Positions 1 through 10,450 of a stretch of 41,402 nucleotides of DNA are shown here, piece after piece (the first letter of the stretch is position 1; every line of letters starts with the position of its first letter). This DNA is from Octopus bimaculoides. Taxonomy: Eukaryota. The position numbers and the translations under genes are program-made. The notes below the pieces were generated by a model. It saw only the letters and a list, made by a program, of their open reading frames with translations, searched no databases and was not told the origin of the DNA. The stretch is from NCBI RefSeq assembly GCF_001194135.2, contig NC_068985.1, positions 41,226,144-41,267,545 of the forward strand. The letters are read 5' to 3'.

Positions 1-28
1 TATCATTATCATTATCATTATCATTATC

Positions 29-66
<38 letters not shown>

Positions 67-73
67 CATTATC

Positions 74-138
<65 letters not shown>

Positions 139-268
139 CATTATTATTATTATTATCATTATTATTATTATCATCATTATTATTATTATCATTATTATTA
201 TTATTATTATCATCATTATTGCTATCTTCATCATCATTGTTGTTGTTGTTGTTATTATTATTATCATT
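1..268. repeat. (TATCAT)n grading into (TAT)n microsatellite
   Basis: Direct reading of tandem TATCAT/TAT units from the window start. Confidence 0.95.
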
Positions 269-1565
269 ATGACTTACAGTTCTTTGGTGATTGACCTTAT
301 TGACGGTGTTGGCTGCGCCTATGTGGTTGTGAAAATTGCCAAGATGCTGTTAGTGGCTGTTAGTGGTTGTATTTATTCGGGTCATTTTGGAGGTTGTGGT
401 AGTGGTGGTTGCAGTGGTGGTGGTGGTGGTGGAGGTAGTGCTGGTGGTGATGGTGTTGGTGGTTGTAGCAGTGTGGATAATGGTATTGGTTGTGGTCGTG
501 ATATTGATAGTTCTTTCTGTGGTAGTAATAAGATTGGTTGCACTGGTCGTATTAGCTAAGATGGTGATTGCAGTGGTTGTGGTGTTGGTTGAAAATATGA
601 TGGCGATGGTGATTTGGTGTTAGGATGTTGGTGGTGATGCTGGTTGTAGTGGTGGTCGTAAGCTAATGGAGTTCATTGCGGTTGTGATGGTTATGGTGAT
701 TCTGGTTGAGGTAGCGGTGGCGTTTGTTGCGGTTACGATGATGATGATGGTGGTGGTGGNNNNNNNNNNGATTCTGGTTGAGGTAGCGGTGGCGTTTGTT
801 GCGGTTACGATGATGATGATGGTGGTGGTGGCGGTGATGAATGTGATGATGATGATGATGATGATGGTGGTGGTGCTGGTGGTGGCGATGATGACGATGA
901 CGACGACGATAATGGTGATGATGATGTGAACAACGACGTCGATGTCGGTAATCATGAGGATGATGATGATGATGATGATGATGATGGCAGTGGTTGTGGG
1001 TAATGGCGACGATGGTTGTGGTGGTTGTGGGTAATGGCGACGATGGTTGTGGTGGTTGTGGGTAATGGCGACGATGGTTGTGGTGGTTGTGGTGGTGATG
1101 CTGTATGTGGCGATAGTGATGGCGGTGTACGCGATGGCGATGGTGATGATAGTGTTCATATTTGCAAGGAGAGAGGGACTGTAGTAGTAAAAATCGTAAT
1201 TGTGATAATGATTGCTGAAAATGGTGACGGTGGTGGTGATGGTAGAGTGTTTCGTTACTTTAGGTTCGCCATCGTGGTCGTCGTGGTGATGGTGGTGTTG
1301 TTGAAAGTGGTGGTGGTGGTGGTGGTGGCCCTGATGGTGTGTGTGCAGTGGGGGGAGGTGTAAAGTTGGTGTGCGTGTGTCTGTATTTTGTGGGACCTGG
1401 TAGATCATGCTAATTATGCAGAAGATAAGAACTCAGAATGATTATGATAATGATGATGATGATTATGACGACGACGACGATGACGATGATAATGGTGATG
1501 ATGATGTGAACAACGACGTCGATGTCAGTAATGATGATGATGACGACGACGACGACTATGGTAAT
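269..1565. repeat. GGT/GAT/GAC trinucleotide low-complexity region
   Basis: Runs of GGT, GAT and GAC; the ORFs here give poly-V/G/D/M/H/T translations in several frames on both strands. Confidence 0.9.
990..1082. repeat. 31-bp minisatellite, 3 exact copies
   Basis: GTGGTTGTGGGTAATGGCGACGATGGTTGTG; the TAATGGCGAC core recurs at 1001, 1032 and 1063 (period 31). Confidence 0.9.
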
Positions 1566-2054
1566 GATATTTCATGGGGCGTACATATATATTCATGTAA
1601 GTATTCGTACATGTGTTTATACGCGTCTGTTACTATATGTCTTTTTGTGCATGTATCTGTATGAATAAATCTTCCCCAACCCCTTCTCTCCCTCACTCTT
1701 CCTCTTTATCGCTCCCTCCCTCCCAATCTTCTCCTCTCTCTTCCCCTCTTGCTCTCGGTCTGTGTTTTGATATAAGGTCTTTCATCGATTCTTCTATTAT
1801 ACTTTCGTTGTTTCTGGCGGCCATTTTAATTTTTTTGTCCTAAGGTTGTTTTTCCTCTTTTTTTTTAAAAATCATTTTTGTTTTTGAGTTTTGTTTTTCT
1901 CTATATTTCGCTAATGTCTGTGATCTATTGTTGTAAGTTTTTATGGTCTATAACAGACATAAAACAAATTTTTTTTTTGAAGTGTTAATACTACTGATAG
2001 GGTAAGACTGATGAGGGGTGGTGGTGACAGAGATAATATAGGGGAGAGGTACTA

Positions 2055-2860
2055 AATTAAAACACTACCACCACCACCATCACCACCACCACCAACAACA
2101 ACAACAATAATTACAATAACAATAGAAGCAACAACTACAAGAGAAATGACAGCCACGCAAATAACAACAACAACAACAAACGGTTGCTGAAATGATAACA
2201 ATACGGCAATATCAACAACTGCAGCAACAACAACAACAACAACGAAAAAAAAAATTGATAACGACAAGAACATCACCACCTCCAGCACCTCTTCTACCGT
2301 CGCCGCCGCCACCACCACCACCACCACCACCACCGCTAACAGCAACTACAACATGAACAACAACGGCTATAAATACTAGGAAGGGGACCAGCAGCTGCAA
2401 CAACAAAGCACGAATACCGATAAATACAACAATAAGAAAAACGACATTACCACCACCACCACCACCACCATCACTACCNNNNNNNNNNNNNNNNNNNNNN
2501 NNNNNNNNNNNNNNNNNNNNNNNNNNNNNNNNNNNNNNNNNNNNNNNNNNNNNNNNNNNNNNNNNNNNNNNNNNNNNNNNNNNNNNNNNNNNNNNNNNNN
2601 NCGATGAGAACATCAACAATATCCATCACCACAAGATTACCAGTAACAATAACAACTAGAACAACAACAATAATGAACATTATAGAACAAGATGATGATA
2701 CACAATAAAGTCGGTAATATCAACAAAACCACCTTATCAGCAACGGCAGGGACAATAACAACAATGGCCATAGCTTTAAAACAGCTTTATTAGCGACAAC
2801 AGCTCGATGAGAATAACAATAACAAAAAAAAAATGTAGTAAAAGGCAATAAAAAAACAAA
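2055..2860. repeat. CAA/CAC low-complexity region with N gap
   Basis: (CAA)n and (CAC)n runs flanking the gap at 2479-2601. Confidence 0.85.
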
Positions 2861-3029
2861 CAAAATCAACTCCGCTCCCCGACAACGTTAAACACGGCAG
2901 TTGGGAGGGAGATATATGTGGTTGATCGATCAGCTAGAAATACCAGCCTAAAATCTTCCTCAAACTACACTGTCGTTTAAAAGAAAATAATAATAAAGCG
3001 GAGACATGCTATGCAGGATGTTGAAAGAT

Positions 3030-3186
3030 AGCTGTGTAGGTGGTTAAGAAACTTGCTTTGCAACCATGTAGTTTCGGGTTCAGTCCCACTGTGTGGAACC
3101 TTGGGCAAATGTCTTCTATTACAGTCCCGGGCCAACCAATGCGTTGTGAATGAATCTGGCAGATGGAAACTGTGTGGAAGCCCGCC
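3030..3186 (+). mobile_element. SINE family A, 5' half
   Basis: Matches the 17931 copy: GTGGTTAAGAAACTTGC...GGGTTCAGTCCCACTG...ACCTTGGGCAAATGTCTTC...GGAAACTG..GAAGCCCG. Confidence 0.8.
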
Positions 3187-3199
3187 AAACGCTTAGTTT

Positions 3200-3360
3200 A
3201 GAATAGAAGCAGCTGATGAAGGAAAAGTTCCATACGTGGCTTGTCTGTTTTCCTGTGTTCATTCTGTTGTCCGTAAAAAAAGTTCGTTTTTTGTGCTTTG
3301 TTTATGTTCCTGTTCCTTTTTGTCCACGTTTTTTTTGACGTCCTGTACCCGGATATGCAT
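3200..3360 (+). mobile_element. Penelope-like terminal repeat fragment with degenerate hammerhead motif
   Basis: CTGATGA (3213-3219), then hairpin GGAA-AAG-TTCC, then ATACGT in place of GAAACGT, followed by a T-rich tail. Confidence 0.45.
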
Positions 3361-3486
3361 CTATATATACATGTAGATGTAGATATGTACATATATGTAT
3401 GTATATATGCAAATGCTCACATATCATTTGTATGTATGTATGTATGTATGTATGTATGTATGTATGTATGTAGGTAGGTAGGTATG

Positions 3487-3927
3487 TTATTATTATTCAG
3501 TTTTAGTTCAAGCTTTCTTGCCAATAGAGAAAGAGCTGGTTTCTAAACCTAGATCCAAGACTCCTTCTTGGAATTTCAACAACATCAAAAGGAATTTTTG
3601 CATGTTTGTGTGTATATGTACAGTATTTGGAGGCTGTGCATGTGTAGATTTGTATGTCTTGTTTTATGTATGTATTCTCGTGCATATAGTTGCATGTCTA
3701 GAAATGCCCATATAAACTAAAAGTTTTACAATTCTTTTACAGTTCCATTGATAGTTTGAAACTGTAATTTTCTAATTAGCTTCTTTTCTGGTTTTGAGAA
3801 GCTTAATTGCTCAAGATTGATTCTTAGGTAATTTGTTACATATCCTAGTACCCCAATAATTACAGGTATAAACCTGAACTTGTAATCCGAGTAGAATAGC
3901 TGTAAATTTCTCAATAGTTCAGCGTTA
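3487..3927 (-). mobile_element. 5'-truncated R4/Dong-like (RLE) non-LTR retrotransposon, copy 1
   Basis: 3726-3925 translates ELLRNLQLFYSDYKFRFIPVIIGVLGYV...GTVK, and the 3' UTR aligns to copy 2 at 30485-30760. Flanked on both sides by (TATG)n. Confidence 0.85.
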
Positions 3928-4104
3928 TGTGTGCGTGTATGTAATGTAATGTAATGTATGTATGTATGTATGTATGTATGTATGTATGTATGTATGTATG
4001 TATGTATGTATGTATGTATTTGTGTGTGTGTATGCACTGTTAATATACTCCCAAGTTAAATCACTGTGATACAATTTGTAACAAAGATGGCTTTTTCAAA
4101 TTAC

Positions 4105-4230
4105 AGGTGTGAAGGTTTGGGTTGACCAAAAGCTATGATAAAAGACACTTGCCCCAGGTGCCATGCAGTAGGATAGAACCTGAACCTCATGATTGCAAAG
4201 AGAACTTCTAAACAACTTGGCTATGTTTGC
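4105..4230 (-). mobile_element. SINE family A, diverged 5' half
   Basis: GACACTTGCCCCAGGTGCCATGCAGTAGGATAGAACC is the reverse complement of the family A head/core. Confidence 0.65.
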
Positions 4231-4371
4231 GTTATAGGGATAGTAACAGAAAAAATAGCATAGGCTTAAAAATTAGTGACAAAGCAACAACAGAGAAAGA
4301 GAGAGAGGGGGGAGAGAGAGAGGAGAGAGAGAGGGGAGAGAGTGAGAGAGTAAGTGAGAAAACTTCTACGT

Positions 4372-4510
4372 GCTCACTGGACCGTCCAGGAACTGCAGCC
4401 AGATCTCCCTCAAATCAAACTATCCACTATCCTAAGCAAGACGTGATATTATGGTTGGAATGTTTTCAGTCACAGTTTTGCTCAATCAAGATTTGCCTCC
4501 GGCTAAACGC
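4372..4510 (+). mobile_element. Interspersed repeat family D (SINE-like, ends in (CAA)n)
   Basis: GGAACTGCAGCCAGATCTCCCTCAAATCA...ATGGTTGGAATG...GGCTAAAC, shared with copies at 5255, 7685, 12895, 16050, 16715 and 24283. Confidence 0.6.
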
Positions 4511-4739
4511 AGGCACCACCACAATCACCACCACCACAAACAACAACAACAACAACAACAACAACGACGACTTAATTGAATCTTACGACTTCCTGTATAA
4601 CTAGAAATGATACCAAGAGAACGAAAGCTTCGGCAAGAACAACCCTTCATTCGTGCTTAAAATATGTACAATGTAATGAGGTGTAGTGTAGCTTATTGCT
4701 GCGGCATATAAAGAAGTAACAGTGTGATCGATGATAGTT

Positions 4740-4975
4740 TTGTTGAGATAGAGTTCTCAACCCTTGAATACCTACAGTCGACCAAATCGATTGTAGAAAT
4801 AAATGATGCAACAGAGCACAAAAGAATAACAGTTCCAAGCTGTCAGATATTCAAATGTACTGTGTTGTGATGGCAATTTCTTGGTGTCGAAGATCATGCA
4901 GCAGAGCAGCACGTCTTCAAGTGGATCTGTAAACCGATTCTTGATGTTGCAGGACTTCTCTTCCCTTCTACGTTT
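4740..4975 (-). pseudogene. possible fossil hAT-type transposase fragment
   Basis: Minus frame over 4871-4945 reads IKNRFTDPLEDVLLCCMIFDTKKLP, resembling the RF...IFDP..LP segment of hAT-derived transposases; recognition by eye only. Confidence 0.25.
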
Positions 4976-5254
4976 AGTAGTTTTAAAGTGAAAGTCAGTC
5001 TGCGCATAATGTTTACTTAGTGCAATGTTTTAGCACAAAAGCGTTGGTATTTTATTAAAATGTATGAAGTCATAAGAAGGTTTGAAACACTACACGGACT
5101 GTTATGCATTGAATCTGTTTCTGCTCATTTCGGTGACATTTAGGGTGGTAATCTGACAGATCTGAGGCACATCAGAAAGCACCGAAACCGATAAATAACG
5201 ACAAATACAATAACAACAACAATAAACACTCGCCAACTAGGTAGTAGCTAGGTA

Positions 5255-5440
5255 GTCATTCGACTTGATATAAAACAGCAGCAAAAGTTTCTCGTACATC
5301 ATACAGGACACATTGTATAATATAGTCATAAATACACTATGGCTGAATTTAAAAAAAAAACGGGATGGTCGTCACTAGAACGCATTTTATCGTAAGTCTT
5401 CCTCTCTGTTGGATTTAGGCTGACTTGAGGCTAAACACTA
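5255..5440 (+). mobile_element. Repeat family D copy
   Basis: AAAACAGCAGCAAAAG...GGACACATTG...GGGATGGTCG...AGGCTGACTTGAGGCTAAAC. Confidence 0.55.
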
Positions 5441-5509
5441 GTAATTTATAATACTGATGACATAAACACACATATGATGCTAGCTCAAAAAATTATGCCA
5501 AAATATTAA

Positions 5510-5578
5510 TTTAAGATTTTGGCACAAGGCCAGCTCGTTCACGGAAGTGGGGAAGTTTATTACATAGACCTCAATACA
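5510..5578 (-). mobile_element. SINE family B, 3' end fragment
   Basis: TTTTGGCACAAGGCCAGC is the reverse complement of the family B tail seen at 41065-41092. Confidence 0.55.
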
Positions 5579-5580
5579 TT

Positions 5581-5782
5581 ATTTACATTTGACGGATATT
5601 TGTCCTCATCTTGTTTGTTGTTAACACAACGTTTCGGCTGATATTCCTTCCAGCCTTCATTAGTTGTCTTGGGGGAAATTTCGAACCTGGGTTCTTATTC
5701 CTAAGGTATTGACACCTGATGAAGGTTGGAGGGTATATCAGCCGAAACGTTGTGTTAACAACAAGATGAGGACAAATATCCG
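5581..5782. mobile_element. Penelope-like element terminal repeat with inverted partial duplication
   Basis: Inverted arms of about 70 bp at 5593-5668 and 5711-5782 (CGGATATTTGTCCTCATCTTG...AACGTTTCGGCTGATA), each carrying a hammerhead-type motif. Confidence 0.75.
5711..5756 (+). ncRNA. Minimal type I hammerhead ribozyme (predicted)
   Basis: Helix I GACAC/GTGTT; core CTGATGA 5716-5722; one extra A; helix II GGTTG/CAGCC; GAAA 5744-5747; palindromic loop-less helix III (AACGTT); GUU cleavage triplet 5749-5751. Confidence 0.7.
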
Positions 5783-6264
5783 GCTATGTGGTAAGTAGCT
5801 TGCTTATCAACCACATGGTTCCGGGTTCAGTCCCACTGCATGGCACCTTGGGCAAGTGTCTTCTACTATAGCCTCGGGCCGACCAAAGCCTTGTGGAGTG
5901 GATTTGGTATACGAAACTGAAAGAAGCCCGTCGTATATATGTATANNNNNNNNNNNNNNNNNNNNNNNNNNNNNNNNNNNNNNNNNNNNNNNNNNNNNNN
6001 NNNNNNNNNNNNNNNNNNNNNNNNNNNNNNNNNNNNNNNNNNNNNNATATATAGGGGGGGGGGTCTCTGTGTTTTCCCCCCACCAACATCGCTTGACATG
6101 TGATGCTGGTGTGTTTACATCACTGTAACTTAGCGGTTCGGCAAAAATAAACCTATAGAATAAGTACTAGAGTTACAAAGAATAAGTCCTGGGGTCGATT
6201 TGCTCGACTAAAAGGTGGTGCTCCAGCATGGCCGCAGTCAAATGACTGAAACAAGTAAAAGAAT
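5783..6264 (+). mobile_element. SINE family A, near full length (internal gap)
   Basis: Head and core at 5783-5935, (TA)n/N gap, and a 3' half ending CCAGCATGGCCGCAGTCAAATGACTGAAACAAGTAAAAGA. Confidence 0.9.
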
Positions 6265-6329
6265 AATGAATGTAAATAATGTACATAATTCCTCATCTCT
6301 TAAATATAGGACTGTATCGATCTCAATGT

Positions 6330-6447
6330 TTTGCTGGTGCTTATTTTATCGACCCTTAAAGGATGAAAAGCAAAGTCGACCTCGACGGAATTTGAACTCA
6401 ACATATAAAGACGGGCGTGGTAACGATTCTGTGAAGTTCACCGCCTC
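6330..6447 (-). mobile_element. SINE family B copy
   Basis: TTTTATCGACCC..AAAGGATGAAAAGCAAAGTCGACCTCGACGGAATTTGAACTCA. Confidence 0.8.
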
Positions 6448-6477
6448 AAATTATTCCAAAATATTCAAACCGATTAA

Positions 6478-6640
6478 TAATCCTTTCTACTAGGGGCACA
6501 AGGCCTGAAATTTGTGGGAAGTGGGTAACTGATTATCGACCTCTGTGTTCAACTTATACATATTTTATCGAGACCGAAAGATGAAAGGCAAAGTCGATCT
6601 CGGCGGAATTTGAACTCAGAACGTAAAGACGGACGAAAGT
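6478..6640 (-). mobile_element. SINE family B copy
   Basis: GGCACAAGGCC...GATGAAAGGCAAAGTCGATCTCGGCGGAATTTGAACTCAGAACGTAAAGACGGACGAAA. Confidence 0.85.
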
Positions 6641-6928
6641 CCGTTAACAATAAAACTCATGTTTTGAGTTCTATTTCTGTTTGTATCACCGAGTCTACAC
6701 ATACATACATACATACATAAATACATACATATACACGTACGTACATGTGTATAATTGAATACACACACACACACAAAATGGAGCAAAAACGCAATAGAGG
6801 ACAATAAAACATCCGGACAGGCAGTCGATGATACAAAGGTGGACAGGAAAAACAACAATTAGAGGGACAGAAAAAAAGGACTGGTCATTCGTGGCCTTTT
6901 TTCGTCAGTCAAGTTACCAGATGTCCTT

Positions 6929-6975
<47 letters not shown>

Positions 6976-7416
6976 NNNNNNNNNNNNNNNNNNNNNNNNN
7001 NNNNNNNNNNNNNNNNNNNNNNNNNNNNNNNNNNNNNNNNNNNNNNNNNNNNNNNNNNNNNNNNNNNNNNNNNNNNNNNNNNNNNNNNNNNNNNNNNNNN
7101 NNNNNNNNNNNNNNNNNNNNNNNNNNNNNNNNNNNNNNNNNNNNNNNNNNNNNNNNNNNNNNNNNNNNNNNNNNNNNNNNNNNNNNNNNNNNNNNNNNNN
7201 NNNNNNNNNNNNNNNNNNNNNNNNNNNNNNNNNNNNNNNNNNNNNNNNNNNNNNNNNNNNNNNNNNNNNNNNNNNNNNNNNNNNNNNNNNNNNNNNNNNN
7301 NNNNNNNNNNNTATATATATATGAGTATATAATATATTAACCTTGTAGTTTGCTTTAGAAAGCAAGTACAGCGAAAATTGATTGTTTCACTGAAAGTACA
7401 TATGAATATCCGTGAT

Positions 7417-7617
7417 ATTCAAATTTTGGCACAGAGCCAGTAATTTCGGTACAGGGTGCAAGTCGATTACATCAACGACAGTGCTCAACTGGTACTTAAT
7501 TTATCGATCCCCCGAAAGGATGAAAGGCAAAATCTGCCTCAGCAGAATTTGAAGAGACGGACGAAATGTCACTAAGCATTTCGTCCGGCTAACTAACGAT
7601 TCTGCCAGCTCGCCGCC
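7417..7617 (-). mobile_element. SINE family B, full length
   Basis: Runs from the tail AAATTTTGGCACAG to the head GATTCTGCCAGCTCGCCGCC. Confidence 0.9.
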
Positions 7618-7684
7618 TTAGAGTTATTGCTAACTCCATTTTTCTTGTTTATATATATATTATATTCAACGGTACCTTTAATTG

Positions 7685-7800
7685 GTCACTAGATCTGCTA
7701 AAAATAGCAACCAAAACTACCTAAAATCAGACGATATTATCTTTAGCTAAAGACACATTTGATAAAGTACTCCACCTAAAACGAAAGAATGGTCATTGCA
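7685..7800 (+). mobile_element. Repeat family D, diverged
   Basis: GATCTGCTAAAAATAGCAACCAAA...GACACATTTG...GAATGGTCAT. Confidence 0.45.
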
Positions 7801-7955
7801 AAAATGTTTTCTCATATCATACTATCTATACTTAATTCAATATACTACCCTATGCTCTATTATATACTACACTACTCTATGTAACACAGCATCATCATTC
7901 TCAACCTTATACTATCATGTCCCGTACTATGGTATAGACTATGCTATAATACGAT

Positions 7956-8103
7956 CTGTGTGGCAAGAAGTTTGCTTCCCAACCACATGGTTCCGGGTTC
8001 AATGCCATTGCGTAGCACCTTGGGCAAGTATCTGCTGCTATAGCTTCGGGCCGACCATAGCCTTATGAGTAGATTTGGTTTGACGAAACTGAAAGAAGTT
8101 ATC

Positions 8104-8105
<2 letters not shown>
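7956..8105 (+). mobile_element. SINE family A, 5' half
   Basis: CTGTGTGGCAAGAAGTTTGCTTCCCAACCACATGGTTCCGGGTTCAA...GAAACTGAAAGAAG, then a (TG)n/(TA)n tract. Confidence 0.85.
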
Positions 8106-8144
<39 letters not shown>

Positions 8145-8191
8145 GGCATATATATATGTATATACATACATACATACATACATGCATACAT

Positions 8192-8240
<49 letters not shown>

Positions 8241-8895
8241 NNNNNNNNNNNNNNNNNNNNNNNNNNNNNNNNNNNNNNNNNNNNNNNNNNNNNNNNNNNN
8301 NNNNNNNNNNNNNNNNNNNNNNNNNNNNNNNNNNNNNNNNNNNNNNNNNNNNNNNNNNNNNNNNNNNNNNNNNNNNNNNNNNNNNNNNNNNNNNNNNNNN
8401 NNNNNNNNNNNNNNNNNNNNNNNNNNNNNNNNNNNNNNNNNNNNNNNNNNNNNNNNNNNNNNNNNNNNNNNNNNNNNNNNNNNNNNNNNNNNNNNNNNNN
8501 NNNNNNNNNNNNNNNNNNNNNNNNNNNNNNNNNNNNNNNNNNNNNNNNNNNNNNNNNNNNNNNNNNNNNNNNNNNNNNNNNNNNNNNNNNNNNNNNNNNN
8601 NNNNNNNNNNNNNNNNNNNNNNNNNNNNNNNNNNNNNNNNNNNNNNNNNNNNNNNNNNNNNNNNNNNNNNNNNNNNNNNNNNNNNNNNNNNNNNNNNNNN
8701 NNNNNNNNNNNNNNNNNNNNNNNNNNNNNNNNNNNNNNNNNNNNNNNNNTATATATATATATATATATATATATATTAATAAAGGAGAACTGAAATTTTT
8801 CACATCCCTAATTTCATTTAACAGTTATTTACTGCATCTTAACTGGATCAGAAAAGGACACTGTAAATAACTGCTTAATAAAATTATGGCCGTAA

Positions 8896-9110
8896 GGCTG
8901 CGAGCTAGTAGAAACGTTAGCACGCCGGGCGAAATGCTTAGCAGTATCTCGTCTGTCTTTACGTTTTGAGTTCAAATTCCGACGAGGTCGACTTTGCTTT
9001 TACTCTTTCGGGGTCGATAAATTAAGTACCAGTTGCGTACTGTGGTCGATCTAATCGAATGATCCCCTCCCTAAAAATCTTGGTCCTTGTGCTTAGAGTA
9101 GAAAAGAATA
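8896..9110 (+). mobile_element. SINE family B, full length
   Basis: GGCTGCGAGCTAGTAGAAACGTTAGCACGCCGGGCGAAATGC...GAGTTCAAATTCC (B-box-like)...GGTCGATAAATTAAGTACCAG. Confidence 0.9.
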
Positions 9111-9338
9111 AAATTATGGATGTGAACATTCTCCTTATCATTATTAATATTATTACTTACACTACGGAAAATATACCGTCCTGAACAGGACACTCGGATT
9201 TACCCAGAGAGAAGAGTTTCCGGAGTCTAACAACTTCTTGTTAACTCGGGTACCACATAAGGACCGTTGTGGTTAGCCAGCATCTGAAACCGACTTGAGT
9301 GGAAACACGGTAACCGCCAGGATAATATTTCTCTTTAT

Positions 9339-9383
9339 CCTGCGTTCACCCAGGCGGCTCGGGTTCGATTCCCGGCATGGGAA
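9339..9383 (+). pseudogene. 3' half of tRNA-Glu(TTC); 5' half absent
   Basis: TTCACCCAGGCGGCTCGGGTTCGATTCCCGGCATGGGAA closely matches the anticodon-to-acceptor half of metazoan tRNA-Glu(UUC). No D-arm or 5' acceptor strand upstream and no CCA. Confidence 0.75.
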
Positions 9384-9393
9384 CGGTATCATA

Positions 9394-9555
9394 GGCGCAG
9401 GAGTGGCAGTGTGGTAAGAAGCTTGCTTCCCAACCACATAGTTCCGGGTTTACTCCTACTGCGTGGCACCTTGGCCAAATGTTTTGTACTATAACCTCGG
9501 GCCGACCAAAGCCTTGTGAGTGGATTTGGTAAACGGAAACTGAAAGAAACCTGTC

Positions 9556-9587
<32 letters not shown>

Positions 9588-10291
9588 NNNNNNNNNNNNN
9601 NNNNNNNNNNNNNNNNNNNNNNNNNNNNNNNNNNNNNNNNNNNNNNNNNNNNNNNNNNNNNNNNNNNNNNNNNNNNNNNNNNNNNNNNNNNNNNNNNNNN
9701 NNNNNNNNNNNNNNNNNNNNNNNNNNNNNNNNNNNNNNNNNNNNNNNNNNNNNNNNNNNNNNNNNNNNNNNNNNNNNNNNNNNNNNNNNNNNNNNNNNNN
9801 NNNNNNNNNNNNNNNNNNNNNNNNNNNNNNNNNNNNNNNNNNNNNNNNNNNNNNNNNNNNNNNNNNNNNNNNNNNNNNNNNNNNNNNNNNNNNNNNNNNN
9901 NNNNNNNNNNNNNNNNNNNNNNNNNNNNNNNNNNNNNNNNNNNNNNNNNNNNNNNNNNNNNNNNNNNNNNNNNNNNNNNNNNNNNNNNNNNNNNNNNNNN
10001 NNNNNNNNNATATATATATATATACATACATACATACCTACATACATGTATACGTATATATGCGTGTGTGTGGTTTGTGTCTGTACTGGTTCTCCACCAC
10101 CACTTGACAACCGGTGTTGCTGTGTTTACGTCCCGTAACTTAGCTGTTCGGGGGGGGGGGGAGAGACCGATAGAATAAGTACCAGGCTTAAAATAGAAAT
10201 AAGAATTGGGGACAATTCATTCGACTAAAATTCCCGAAGGTGGCGCCCCAGCATGGCCGCAGTCTAATGACAGAAACAAGCAAAAGATAAA
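9394..10291 (+). mobile_element. SINE family A, full length (internal gap)
   Basis: GGCGCAGGAGTGGCAGTGTGGTAAG head, (TA)n and N gap, and a 3' half ending CCCCAGCATGGCCGCAGTCTAATGACAGAAACAAGCAAAAGATAA. Confidence 0.9.
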
Positions 10292-10304
10292 CGATATACT
10301 ACAA

Positions 10305-10450
10305 TACGCTGACGTGGCTGAGCGGTTAAGAAACTCGTTTTGTAATCGTGGGATCTCTTGTCGTCCCAACTGCGTGGTCCTTTGGGTAAGTATCTCTTAT
10401 TTTAGTCTTGTCTCAACAAGATCTTTCTGAGGAAAATTAGACAGAAAAGG
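10305..10450 (+). mobile_element. Old SINE family A head/core
   Basis: GTGGCTGAGCGGTTAAGAAACTCG...CCAACTGCGTGGTCCTTTGGGTAAGTATC. Confidence 0.5.

Noticed and set aside
269-2680. Long ORFs such as 620-1408 (262 aa)
   Set aside because: Trinucleotide low-complexity DNA open in several frames on both strands; no domain signal.
6880-6915. Minus-strand CTGACGA...CGAAT hammerhead-like string before a T-rich tail
   Set aside because: No convincing helix II or helix I pairing and GAAA is absent; at most a very decayed Penelope-like repeat.
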